A stretch of DNA of 13,649 nucleotides from Acidobacteriota bacterium (GTDB lineage: Bacteria; Acidobacteriota; Thermoanaerobaculia; Multivoradales; UBA5704). Location of the stretch: NCBI GenBank assembly GCA_040005235.1, contig JBDTZG010000102.1, positions 1 to 13,649 of the forward strand, read 5' to 3'. Under the pieces are notes generated by a model that did not search any database, was not told the DNA's origin, and saw only the letters and a list, made by a program, of their open reading frames with translations. The first letter of the stretch is position 1. The number at the start of each line of letters is the position of its first letter. The position numbers and the translations under genes are program-made. Positions 1 to 7,495 of this stretch are shown here, one piece after another.

Positions 1-302
1 CGATCGCCGTCACCGACGAAGAGATCCTCGAAGCCAAAGCCGCGATCGACGCCTCCGGAGTCGGCTGCGAGCCCGCCAGCGCCGCGAGCGTTGCGGGAGT
101 GAAGAAGCTGGTCGCCGAAGGCACCATCCGCCCCGACGAACGAGTCGTCGCCGTCCTCACCGGCCACGTCCTCAAAGACCCCGGCATCCTGATCAGCTAC
201 CACCGAGACATGGACCCGCCCCCGCCGGGAGCCAATAGGCCGATCGAGATCGACGTGGATTTGGGGCAGCTGGAGCGGGCGCTCAAGGGGGCGAGGGATT
301 GA
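1..302 (+). CDS. thrC: Threonine synthase, C-terminal part (5'-truncated by window edge)
   Basis: The frame starting at nt 3 is open into the 99..302 ORF: IAVTDEEILEAKAAIDASGVGCEPASAASVAGVKKLVAEGTIRPDERVVAVLTGHVLKDP. V(T/S)DEEI, G..CEPASAA..AG and VLTG..LKDP are typical of the fold-type II PLP threonine synthase C-terminus. TGA at 300-302. Confidence 0.9.
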   Translation, partial: IAVTDEEILEAKAAIDASGVGCEPASAASVAGVKKLVAEGTIRPDERVVAVLTGHVLKDPGILISYHRDMDPPPPGANRPIEIDVDLGQLERALKGARD

Positions 303-312
303 AATCCCTCGC
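291..312. terminator. Hairpin over the thrC stop codon, between convergent genes
   Basis: Perfect 9-bp stem GCGAGGGAT-tgaa-ATCCCTCGC with the thrC TGA in the loop. No U-tract on either strand, so terminator function is uncertain. Confidence 0.45.
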
Positions 313-341
313 GGCCTCGGGCGCCGGAGTTGACTGCCGTC

Positions 342-578
342 CTACCCTTCGTCGAGGTAACGCTTGTAGTCGGTAGAAAGATCGCCACGTCCTTCGCCCG
401 AACCGATGAATCCTGTTCTTGCTAAGACCTCGGCTGCGCGGGAGACTCCGCGAGAAACTTCCCCGTAGTAGCGATCGATCGCGCGCCTCAGGATCGCTGT
501 AGTGCCCTCCCCAGTTGCGCGCTTCAAGAATTCGAAACGCTCCGACCGCTTCTCATCGAGACGAACGCTGACTCTCAT
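342..578 (-). CDS. Ribbon-helix-helix (CopG-like) protein, antitoxin-like
   Basis: 78 aa. N-terminal strand MRVSVRLD followed by two helices (..TTAILRRAIDRYY) fits the RHH pattern. The tail GFIGSGEGRGDLSTDYKRYL resembles RHH antitoxins found next to PIN toxins. Purine-rich GGGAAGGG lies between the upstream stop and the ATG. Confidence 0.75.
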   Translation of the reverse strand: MRVSVRLDEKRSERFEFLKRATGEGTTAILRRAIDRYYGEVSRGVSRAAEVLARTGFIGSGEGRGDLSTDYKRYLDEG

Positions 579-586
579 CCCTTCCC

Positions 587-1951
587 CTACTCCGGAGCGA
601 AATACACCGTAAAGATCGCCCGCCGTTCGCGGTCAGGGGAGGTGTTTTCGAACGCGGCGGTGAATGACGTTCCCGCCGGGCCTTTGCGAATCCCAGGATC
701 GAGAGGGAAGCGGCAGGTGCCCACGGGGCAGTCGGTTCCGGCGCGGCAATCGCGCGAGGCTCCGCCGTCTTCCACTTCGTAGCGGTAGCCGGTGAAGCGG
801 GCTTCTGGAGGCAAAACGATCCGCAGCAGGCGGCAGCTTGGCGGGAGACCCGCTTCGGCCTTGGCCGTATCGCGGTCGCGCAGACGATCGTCGAGCCCCT
901 CGCCGCAGGGCGTGGTCCCGGGCGCAATGGCGACTTCGACCGAAAGCGCCTCCTCTCCGGCCTTGCATTCGATGCACGAGCGTTCGGCGTAGGAGCGGTG
1001 CTGGGCCTTGGGTTCCGGTAGTGCCGGGGCCGGAGTCGCGGGGGCAGCGGGGGCGGGAACCGCCGCGGAGGCGGGGGTCGGTGCAGGGGTCGGAACCGGC
1101 GGGGCAACCGGCTTCGGCTGCGGGGCGACCGTCGGCGCAGGGGTCGGCGCGGGAGCCGGCGGCGGAATCGAACGGACCGGCGGCGCGGGCGAAGGAACCG
1201 GGGCAGGGCTCGGGGCCGGCGTTGCGACCGCGGGCGCGGGCTTCGCGGCCGGAGTCTGCGGCGTGGTCGGAGCGGGAGTCGGTGCCGGCTTGGGAGCGGC
1301 CGAAATGGGCGGAGCCGTGTTCGGAGCATTCGGAGCCGACGTCGGTGCGGGAGCCATGGCCGGTGCAGACGGCACGGCGGCAGCCTTCTCTTCACCCGGA
1401 GCTTTTTTCACCTCCGGAACAGCAACCGGGGCGGCCGGAGCAGTTGCCGGGGTTGCCGGGGCCGGAGCAGGCGCCGCGGGCGCTAAGGCAGCTACGGCCG
1501 GCTTGCCGACCTGCGGTCCGCCGTTGGGATCTCCCGCGGAACGTCCGGCATGCGGGCGACCGATTCGCACGCGCAATGTCTGGGTGGCCCCCGGCGTGTT
1601 TTCCTGGAAGGTCGAGAGCACGGCGGGCTTCTTTTCGCCCGAGAGAACGAATTCGGCATGCATCGATAGCGCGCCGTCCATTTTCACTTCGAGCGCCCAC
1701 CAACCCTCGGCGATCGAGAAGAAATTCGCCTCCCCCGCTGCGTCCGTGGACACGATCGCCGGCCCGGTCTTCGGTTCGACACCCTGGTAGAGCAGGCGCA
1801 CCTTCGCTCCCTCGACTGCCTTGCCCGCCGAGTCTTCGACCTTTACCTCCAGGGAAGACGGGCCGCGCCAGACCTCCGCCGCACTGAGCGGCAGCGCGAT
1901 CCCCGAAGCGAAGGCGAACGAGACCAAGAATGAGAGAGCTTTGCCGCGCAT
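587..1951 (-). CDS. Secreted protein: carboxypeptidase-regulatory-like beta domain, long Pro/Ala/Thr linker, Cys-rich C-terminal domain
   Basis: Signal peptide (MRGKALSFLVSFAFASGIALPLSA-A). LEVKVEDSAGKAVEGAKVRL...STDAAGEANF...EGWWALEVK matches the CarboxypepD_reg/prealbumin-like pattern. More than 130 aa of PAPAPT low complexity; 7 Cys in the last ~130 aa. SD GGGGAGG ~7 nt upstream of the ATG. Confidence 0.8.
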   Translation of the reverse strand: MRGKALSFLVSFAFASGIALPLSAAEVWRGPSSLEVKVEDSAGKAVEGAKVRLLYQGVEPKTGPAIVSTDAAGEANFFSIAEGWWALEVKMDGALSMHAEFVLSGEKKPAVLSTFQENTPGATQTLRVRIGRPHAGRSAGDPNGGPQVGKPAVAALAPAAPAPAPATPATAPAAPVAVPEVKKAPGEEKAAAVPSAPAMAPAPTSAPNAPNTAPPISAAPKPAPTPAPTTPQTPAAKPAPAVATPAPSPAPVPSPAPPVRSIPPPAPAPTPAPTVAPQPKPVAPPVPTPAPTPASAAVPAPAAPATPAPALPEPKAQHRSYAERSCIECKAGEEALSVEVAIAPGTTPCGEGLDDRLRDRDTAKAEAGLPPSCRLLRIVLPPEARFTGYRYEVEDGGASRDCRAGTDCPVGTCRFPLDPGIRKGPAGTSFTAAFENTSPDRERRAIFTVYFAPE

Positions 1952-1990
1952 CCCAGAACCTCCCCGAAAAGCATCGATCGAACGAACTCT

Positions 1991-1996
1991 ATTCTA
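1991..1996 (-). promoter_or_regulatory. Putative sigma70 -10 element (TAGAAT) for 587..1951
   Basis: TAGAAT on the minus strand in an AT-richer patch of the 105-bp divergent intergenic region, 39 nt upstream of the ATG. Confidence 0.5.
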
Positions 1997-2040
1997 GACC
2001 CGTCCGGATGGAGCCATCTTCCACCCCCTCCCCCGCGCCG

Positions 2041-2049
2041 TGATACAAA
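2041..2049 (+). promoter_or_regulatory. Putative extended -10 (TGaTACAAA), possibly leaderless
   Basis: TG-n-TACAAA ends 7 nt before ATG 2057 with no clear SD. It lacks the conserved final T. Confidence 0.35.
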
Positions 2050-2056
2050 ACCAGGC

Positions 2057-3658
2057 ATGCCTGGATTGCTCCGCTCGCTCTACGAAAAGCTGCTCGCCGA
2101 TCCGCTTGGATTCTCGACTCCGCCCCCGCAGCCGCCGCGCGTCTCGGCTTCGATCGTGCCTTGGCGGGTGGGGGATTCCGGGGAGGTCGAAGTCTACTGG
2201 GTGCGTCGGGCGGCGGAGCTGGCGTTCATGGGCGGGTGGCACGCGTTCCCGGGGGGAGGGCTGTCGAAGAGCGATGCCGCCCTGCCGGTGCATGGACTGC
2301 CGAAGGGCATCTCCGAAGGCTCGACCGTGGCGCTGCCGCCCGAAGCGCTGCGGCTGGGCGACACCGATCCCGATCTGGTGGCGGGTCTGCTCGCGTGCGC
2401 ATTGCGTGAGCTGTTCGAGGAGGTCGGCCTGCTGGTCGCGTACGGGATTCCGGCAGGATTCGACCTCGCCGCCGCCCAGCGCGCGCAGTTGGCCGACCCC
2501 AAGCAGCTCGGGGTTCAGCTCGAAGAGACCGATGCCCAGCTCGACGCGTCGCGGTTGGTCTTCGCGGGCCGCTGGCTCACGCCGCCGTTTGCGCCCATGC
2601 GCTTCGACAATCGGTTTTTCCTGCTCGAATGGCCGGCCGAGGAAAATCACCAGCCGCACGTGATCCCTGGGGAGCTGGCGACCGGTGAATGGATTTCGGC
2701 CGGTGCCGCATACGACCGTTTCCGCCGCGCCGAGGTCCTCGCCGCCCCTCCAATCCTCCACATCCTGCGCGTCCTCGCCGAGGACGGCCCGGAGCGGGGG
2801 CTCCCCCGGCTGCTGATCCCTTCGGAGGCGGACTGGGGGCCGATGCGGAAAATCGAGCTGCGGGAAGGGATCGCGATGCTGCCGGTCCGGACACGGACCC
2901 TTCCGCCGGCCGCCACCACCAACGCCTACCTGCTCGGCCGGGGCGAGGCGGTGCTGGTCGATCCCGGCTCCGATCTGCCGGAAGAGATCGACCGGCTCCA
3001 CGCCGCGCTCGGCGCCGCCCAGGCGCAGGACGGCCGGCGACCAACCGAAATCTGGCTCACCCACCATCACCCGGATCACGTCGCGGGCGCGGCCGAGATG
3101 CAGCGCCGGCTCGGGGTGCCGATCGCCGCCCATCGGGAGACCGCGGAGCGGCTGTCCCACCGCCTCACGGTCGCCCGCCAGCTGAACGACGAGGAGCGCG
3201 TCGAGCTGGCGGGCAACTCATACGGCGAGGCGATGACTTTCCGCGTGCTCCATACGCCGGGGCACGCGCGGGGGCATCTCTGCTTCTTCGAGGAGCGCCA
3301 AGGCTCCCTGATCTGCGGCGACCTGGTGGCCGGGATCGGCACGATCGTGATCGATCCGCCCGAAGGGGACATGACCGGGTATCTCGCTTCGCTCGAACGG
3401 ATGATCGCGCTGCCGCCGCGGACGCTCTTCCCCGCCCATGGTCCGGCGATCGAGGACGCGGCGGGCAAGCTTCGAGAATACGTCGCCCACCGCCTGCGCC
3501 GCGAGGAGAAGGTGCTCGCCGCTTGGGGCAACGGCCTGCGCACCGCGCACGACATGGTCGCCCGGGTTTACGACGATGCGCCGGACGCCGCGAAGATGCT
3601 CGCCGAACGGCAGATCGAGGCGCATCTCATCCGCCTGCGGACGCTCGGGCGAATCTAG
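2057..3658 (+). CDS. NUDIX hydrolase + metallo-beta-lactamase-fold (LACTB2-like) fusion protein
   Basis: N-half: FMGGWHAFPGG...CALRELFEEVGL (split Nudix box) and WLTPPFAPMRFDNRFF (NUDT19-like subfamily). C-half: THHHPDHVAG (HxHxDH), HTPGHARGH, GDLV, PAHG, then YVAHRLRREEKV and VYDD...AHLIRL (LACTB2-type winged-helix tail). Confidence 0.9.
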   Translation: MPGLLRSLYEKLLADPLGFSTPPPQPPRVSASIVPWRVGDSGEVEVYWVRRAAELAFMGGWHAFPGGGLSKSDAALPVHGLPKGISEGSTVALPPEALRLGDTDPDLVAGLLACALRELFEEVGLLVAYGIPAGFDLAAAQRAQLADPKQLGVQLEETDAQLDASRLVFAGRWLTPPFAPMRFDNRFFLLEWPAEENHQPHVIPGELATGEWISAGAAYDRFRRAEVLAAPPILHILRVLAEDGPERGLPRLLIPSEADWGPMRKIELREGIAMLPVRTRTLPPAATTNAYLLGRGEAVLVDPGSDLPEEIDRLHAALGAAQAQDGRRPTEIWLTHHHPDHVAGAAEMQRRLGVPIAAHRETAERLSHRLTVARQLNDEERVELAGNSYGEAMTFRVLHTPGHARGHLCFFEERQGSLICGDLVAGIGTIVIDPPEGDMTGYLASLERMIALPPRTLFPAHGPAIEDAAGKLREYVAHRLRREEKVLAAWGNGLRTAHDMVARVYDDAPDAAKMLAERQIEAHLIRLRTLGRI

Positions 3659-3662
3659 AAGC

Positions 3663-3686
3663 GGGAAGGCGGAATCCCGCCTCCCC
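3663..3686 (+). terminator. GC-rich hairpin downstream of the NUDIX-MBL gene
   Basis: GGGAAGGCGG-aatc-CCGCCTCCCC (9/10 paired) starting 5 nt after the stop, followed only by a weak T-run (ggtttcggtt). Confidence 0.4.
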
Positions 3687-3721
3687 CGGTTTCGGTTCCT
3701 ACCAGCAGGAGGGCCTACCCA

Positions 3722-4138
3722 ATGTTCCACCGCATTCTGATTCCCCTCGCGTTCAACGACGAAAACGAGGCTGCGATCCGCGTCGGCTCCGACCTCGCGA
3801 CGCGCGAAGGTTCCGAAGTCTTGCTGCTCCACGTGGTCGAAACCATCCGCGGCATTCCGTTCGAGGAGATGCGCGACTTTTACGAGCGGCTGGAACGCCG
3901 GGCCGAAAGCGAGCTGGGAAAAGTCGCCGATCGCTTCCGGGCTTTGCAAGTATCGGTAAAAAGCGATGTCGTGTTCGGCGCCCGCGCCGAGCAGATCGTG
4001 ACCTATGCCAAGGAGCGCGGCGCCGATCTGATCGTCCTCTCTTCGCACCCGGCGAGCCCTGACCAGCCGGCGAGCCTCGGCACGATCAGCCATCGGGTTG
4101 CCCTGTTCGCGAGCTGCCCGGTTCTTTTGGTGAAATAG
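3722..4138 (+). CDS. Universal stress protein (UspA family)
   Basis: MFHRILIPL, LLLHVV, G..AEQIVTYAKERGADLIVL, LGTISHRV...SCPVLLVK. SD AGGAGG at 3707-3712. Confidence 0.95.
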   Translation: MFHRILIPLAFNDENEAAIRVGSDLATREGSEVLLLHVVETIRGIPFEEMRDFYERLERRAESELGKVADRFRALQVSVKSDVVFGARAEQIVTYAKERGADLIVLSSHPASPDQPASLGTISHRVALFASCPVLLVK

Positions 4139-4151
4139 GCCCGCTCCCCGC

Positions 4152-4157
4152 TAGACT
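4152..4157 (+). promoter_or_regulatory. Putative -10 (TAGACT) of a leaderless promoter
   Basis: TAGACT ends 8 nt before ATG 4166. The intervening sequence (tcccgccc) has no SD. Confidence 0.55.
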
Positions 4158-4165
4158 TCCCGCCC

Positions 4166-6418
4166 ATGAAGACGACGCGAGCGGTGCTGATGCTGGGCCT
4201 CATGTTCGCAGGCCGGGAGGGGTACGCCTTGGACGGGAAGTGGACGCCGGAGCAGGTGCTCCAGATCGATGCGAAGTGGCTACGCGAGCAGGGGCTCGAA
4301 ATCCCGCCGGCCTCGCTCTGGAGCGAGATGGGCGGCGGATTGCTCGAAGCGGCGGTGGGGATCGAAGGATGCTCTTCCGGGTTCGTGTCTTCCGACGGGC
4401 TTTTGATCACCAACCACCATTGCGTCTTCTCGATCCTCCAGCAGCATTCGACTCCGGAGCGCGATCTGATCACCCACGGCTTCCTGGCCCATTCGAAAGC
4501 CGACGAGCTGTCGGGCGGCGGCGTGCGAGCGGCGATTCCCCATCGCGAAACCGATGTCACCGCGGCGGTCGTGGGAAGCGTGCCGGACGGGGCGGACGAT
4601 CTGGCGCGTTTTCAGGCGATCGAACGAAAGGGCAAAGAGCTGGTCGCCGAATGCGAACGCCAGCCCAGTCGCCGCTGCCGGTTCGCGGCGTTCGACGGCG
4701 GCGTGTCGTACCGGCTGATCGAAACGATCGAATATCCGGACGTGCGGCTGGTCTACGCGCCGCCGCGCGCGGTGGGCGAATACGGCGGCGAGATCGACAA
4801 CTGGAGCTGGCCGCGCCATACCGGCGACTTCGCTCTGCTCCGGGTATGGGCAGCGGCGGACGGCTCGCCCGCGCAAAAGGGCGCGGGGACAGAAAGCTAC
4901 AAGCCGCGCCACTGGTACCCGATCGCCCCCCAAGGGGTGCAGCCGGGCGATTTCGTGATGCTCGCCGGTTACCCCGGCATCACCTATCGGTCGCTGATCG
5001 CGGCCGAGATGCACGAGCGGGCGGAGCTCTACTTTCCCCGCCGGGCCGAGCTGTACCGCGCCTGGATCGAGATCATGGAGGCGGCGTCGAAGCAGGGGGA
5101 CGCCCCGCGCCTGGCGCTCTCGGACCGAATGAAATCGCTGGCCAATCGCGAGAAAAGCGCGCGCGGCCAGGTGGAGGGGCTGGCCCGGGGCAGAGTGCTG
5201 GCGAAGAAAGAGGCGGAAGAACAGGAGATCCTCGCCTGGATCGCCGCCCATCCCGCTTCGACGACCCCTGTGACTCCCGCAGCCATCTCGGCCAGCGCGG
5301 CGCATGCCGAGCTGGCGACCCGGATCGCCGAACGGATCAAGACCTGGGATCGCGACTTCCTGCTGTCGCAGGCGCGCGGCGGATCGAAGCCGCTCGATCT
5401 CGCGCTCACCCTCGTCCGGTGGGCCGGAGAGCGCGCGAAGCCCGACCTCGAACGCGAGCCGGACTACATGGCGCGCAACAGCGATCGGCTCGCCGAACGT
5501 TTGAAGCTCGACCAGACGAAGATGCACGGACCGACCGAAGAGGCTCTGCTCGCCGACTGGCTCGGCCGATTCGCCGCGCTACCCGCGACCAGCCGCTCGG
5601 CCGCGGTCGAAGCGGTTCTCCATGGCGCCAATGGCGCCGACGGCTCCGATGACTCCAACCACGCGGCCCGCGGGCCGGAAGCGATCCGCGCGAAGGCCGC
5701 TACCCTACTCTCCGGATCGAAGGTCGCAGACGCGGCGGAGCGAGCGAAGATGGCGGGCGAGACGGAGGAACAGCTGCGCGCCCGTCGCGATCCCCTGCTC
5801 GACTTCGCGTTCGTGCTCGATCGCGAGCTGCGCGCCGCCAAAGAGCGCGACGACCGCCACGAGGGCGCCGTCTCGCGCCTGCGTCCGGCCTGGCGCAAAG
5901 GGGTGGCGGCCTGGGCAGGCAAGCCCATCGCGCCCGACGGCAACAGCACGCTACGCGTGACGTTCGGCCACGTCGAGGGGTACCGGCCGCGCGACGGAGT
6001 CTGGATGGAGCCGCAGACCACGCTCGCCGGCATGGTCGAGAAGAACACCGGGCAAGAGCCGTTCGCGGCGCCCGAGCGCCTGCTGGCCGCGGCACCCGAG
6101 GCTCCGAAGAGCCGCTTCGCCGACCCGAGTTTGCACGACGTGCCGGTGGCGTTTCTCGCCGACGCCGATACCACCGGCGGCAATTCGGGCAGCCCGGTGC
6201 TGAACGGCAAGGGCGAGCTGGTCGGGGTCAACTTCGATCGCGTGTGGGAAAACGTCGCGAACGACTTCGGCTTCAACCCCGAGGTCGCAAGAAACGTCGC
6301 CGTCGACGTCCGCTACCTGCTCTGGATGCTCAATGGCATCGAGGGCGAAGCCGCCCGGCCGCTGCTCGACGAGTTGCTCGGCGCGGGTGCGCCTCCGAAA
6401 GCCGCCGCCAAGCCATGA
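4166..6418 (+). CDS. S46 family dipeptidyl peptidase, DPP11-like
   Basis: Signal peptide then LDGKWTP. GCSSGFVSSDGLLITNHHC (catalytic His), DNWSWPRHTGDF (Asp region), PDGNSTLRVTFG, DTTGGNSGSPVLNGKGELVGVNFDR (catalytic Ser). 750 aa is typical of the family. Confidence 0.95.
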   Translation: MKTTRAVLMLGLMFAGREGYALDGKWTPEQVLQIDAKWLREQGLEIPPASLWSEMGGGLLEAAVGIEGCSSGFVSSDGLLITNHHCVFSILQQHSTPERDLITHGFLAHSKADELSGGGVRAAIPHRETDVTAAVVGSVPDGADDLARFQAIERKGKELVAECERQPSRRCRFAAFDGGVSYRLIETIEYPDVRLVYAPPRAVGEYGGEIDNWSWPRHTGDFALLRVWAAADGSPAQKGAGTESYKPRHWYPIAPQGVQPGDFVMLAGYPGITYRSLIAAEMHERAELYFPRRAELYRAWIEIMEAASKQGDAPRLALSDRMKSLANREKSARGQVEGLARGRVLAKKEAEEQEILAWIAAHPASTTPVTPAAISASAAHAELATRIAERIKTWDRDFLLSQARGGSKPLDLALTLVRWAGERAKPDLEREPDYMARNSDRLAERLKLDQTKMHGPTEEALLADWLGRFAALPATSRSAAVEAVLHGANGADGSDDSNHAARGPEAIRAKAATLLSGSKVADAAERAKMAGETEEQLRARRDPLLDFAFVLDRELRAAKERDDRHEGAVSRLRPAWRKGVAAWAGKPIAPDGNSTLRVTFGHVEGYRPRDGVWMEPQTTLAGMVEKNTGQEPFAAPERLLAAAPEAPKSRFADPSLHDVPVAFLADADTTGGNSGSPVLNGKGELVGVNFDRVWENVANDFGFNPEVARNVAVDVRYLLWMLNGIEGEAARPLLDELLGAGAPPKAAAKP
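5622..5657 (+). repeat. Degenerate 9-bp tandem repeat x4 inside the S46 peptidase gene
   Basis: atggcgcca/atggcgccg/acggctccg/atgactcca, encoding HGANGADGSDDSN. Confidence 0.6.
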
Positions 6419-6708
6419 GGCACTCGCTCGGCGGCGAGGTCGCGCCAGGAGATCCGGCGGCGGCCTCGCCGCGCCCATCCGTGCTGCGTTGGGTAATGGT
6501 CTGGCTGCTGCTCGCGGCGGTCTACTTCGCCGTTCGCTTGGCCGTGCGCTGGCTGTTGAGCGACGCCGGAGCGGACGAGGGCGCGGCAGGTTTTTCTCTC
6601 TTCGAAAATCTCCGCGGTCTCGACCGGCGCGAGCTGGCGATCGTACCGGCGGCGCAAACCCTCGCGCTCGCCCTCCTGGCAGAGCTGCGGCGCGCGGTCA
6701 AAGAGTAA
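6415..6708 (+). CDS. Small hypothetical membrane protein (~97 aa)
   Basis: ATG at 6415 overlaps the peptidase stop (ATGA) and is in frame with the 6244..6708 ORF. Hydrophobic segments VLRWVMVWLLLAAVYFAVRLAV and LAIVPAAQTLALALLA. It fills the gap up to the convergent gene. Confidence 0.65.
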   Translation: MRHSLGGEVAPGDPAAASPRPSVLRWVMVWLLLAAVYFAVRLAVRWLLSDAGADEGAAGFSLFENLRGLDRRELAIVPAAQTLALALLAELRRAVKE

Positions 6709-6715
6709 AGATCGT

Positions 6716-7495
6716 TTAACCGGCCGTCTCGTCCGGATCGTCGGGTTCGAACGCCAGCAGGACGACCGTGACGTTGTCGGTTCCGCCGCGGGCGTTGGCG
6801 TCGGCAACCAGGGCGCGGCAGGTCTCGTGGAGCGACTTTCCGGAGACTAGGGCATCGCGGATCTCGCGATCCGAGAGCATCGTGGTCAGGCCGTCGGAGC
6901 AGAGCAGGAATAGGTCGCCCGGCACCATCTCCAGCTCGCGGACGTCGATCAGGATCTCCGATTCGCCGCCGAGCGCGCGGGTGACCACGTTCTTGAGCGG
7001 ATGGGAGCGCGCCTGGTCCTTGGACAGGAAGCCCGCGACCACCTGCTCGTGCACCCAGGTGTGATCCTGGGTGAGCTGTTCGAGCACCCCTTGGCGCAGG
7101 CGATAGGCCCGGCTGTCGCCGACGTGGGCGACCGCGCCGGACTCGCGCTCGAACAGAAAGCCAACCACCGTGGTGCCCATGCCGGAGAGCGAATCGTCCT
7201 GCTCGATCGCCCGCAGCACCTTGTGATGAGCCGTCTTGAGCGCCGTCTTGAGCCTTCTTGCGCCATGGCCGAGGGCGCCGTCGGGGCCCAGCGGAACGCC
7301 GTCGGAGGCACTCTTTTCGATGTAGTCGCGAATCGCCCGCACGGCCACCTGGGCCGCGACCTCGCCGTGATTGTGGCCGCCCATGCCGTCGGCGACCACG
7401 TACAGACGGTGTTCGGGGTCGATCTCGAAGTAGTCCTCGTTGTGGAGACGAGTCAACCCAACGTCGGAAAGTCCGCAGGCTTTCACTCTCAACAT
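6716..7495 (-). CDS. PP2C/PPM family Ser/Thr protein phosphatase (Stp1/PrpC-like)
   Basis: SDVGLTRLHNED, VADGMGGH, GMGTT, HVGDSRAY, LTQDH, NVVTRALG, LLCSDGL, GGTDNVTVV. Confidence 0.97.
   Translation of the reverse strand: MLRVKACGLSDVGLTRLHNEDYFEIDPEHRLYVVADGMGGHNHGEVAAQVAVRAIRDYIEKSASDGVPLGPDGALGHGARRLKTALKTAHHKVLRAIEQDDSLSGMGTTVVGFLFERESGAVAHVGDSRAYRLRQGVLEQLTQDHTWVHEQVVAGFLSKDQARSHPLKNVVTRALGGESEILIDVRELEMVPGDLFLLCSDGLTTMLSDREIRDALVSGKSLHETCRALVADANARGGTDNVTVVLLAFEPDDPDETAG

Noticed and set aside
421-434. 14-bp exact match GCTAAGACCTCGGC with 13154-13167 (possible att site or target duplication)
   Set aside because: A single 14-mer match is plausible by chance in 13.6 kb. One copy lies inside a coding sequence, the enclosed genes look like core chromosome, and there is no integrase.
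960-980. CIECK as a cytochrome c heme-binding motif
   Set aside because: It lacks the His of CxxCH, and there is no cytochrome context.
553-1887. Alternative ORFs over the Pro/Ala linker (553..1395, 838..1887, Gly/Ala-rich 1008..1790)
   Set aside because: Frame-shifted or antisense readings of the low-complexity linker. Only 587..1951 has a signal peptide, an SD and globular domains.
2830-3658. Antibiotic-resistance metallo-beta-lactamase
   Set aside because: Cytoplasmic, fused to NUDIX, with a LACTB2-like winged-helix tail. The fold alone does not imply beta-lactam hydrolysis.
6244-6414. N-terminal extension of the 6244..6708 ORF
   Set aside because: It overlaps the conserved peptidase C-terminus by 175 nt and is Arg-rich noise; ATG 6415 is the more plausible start.
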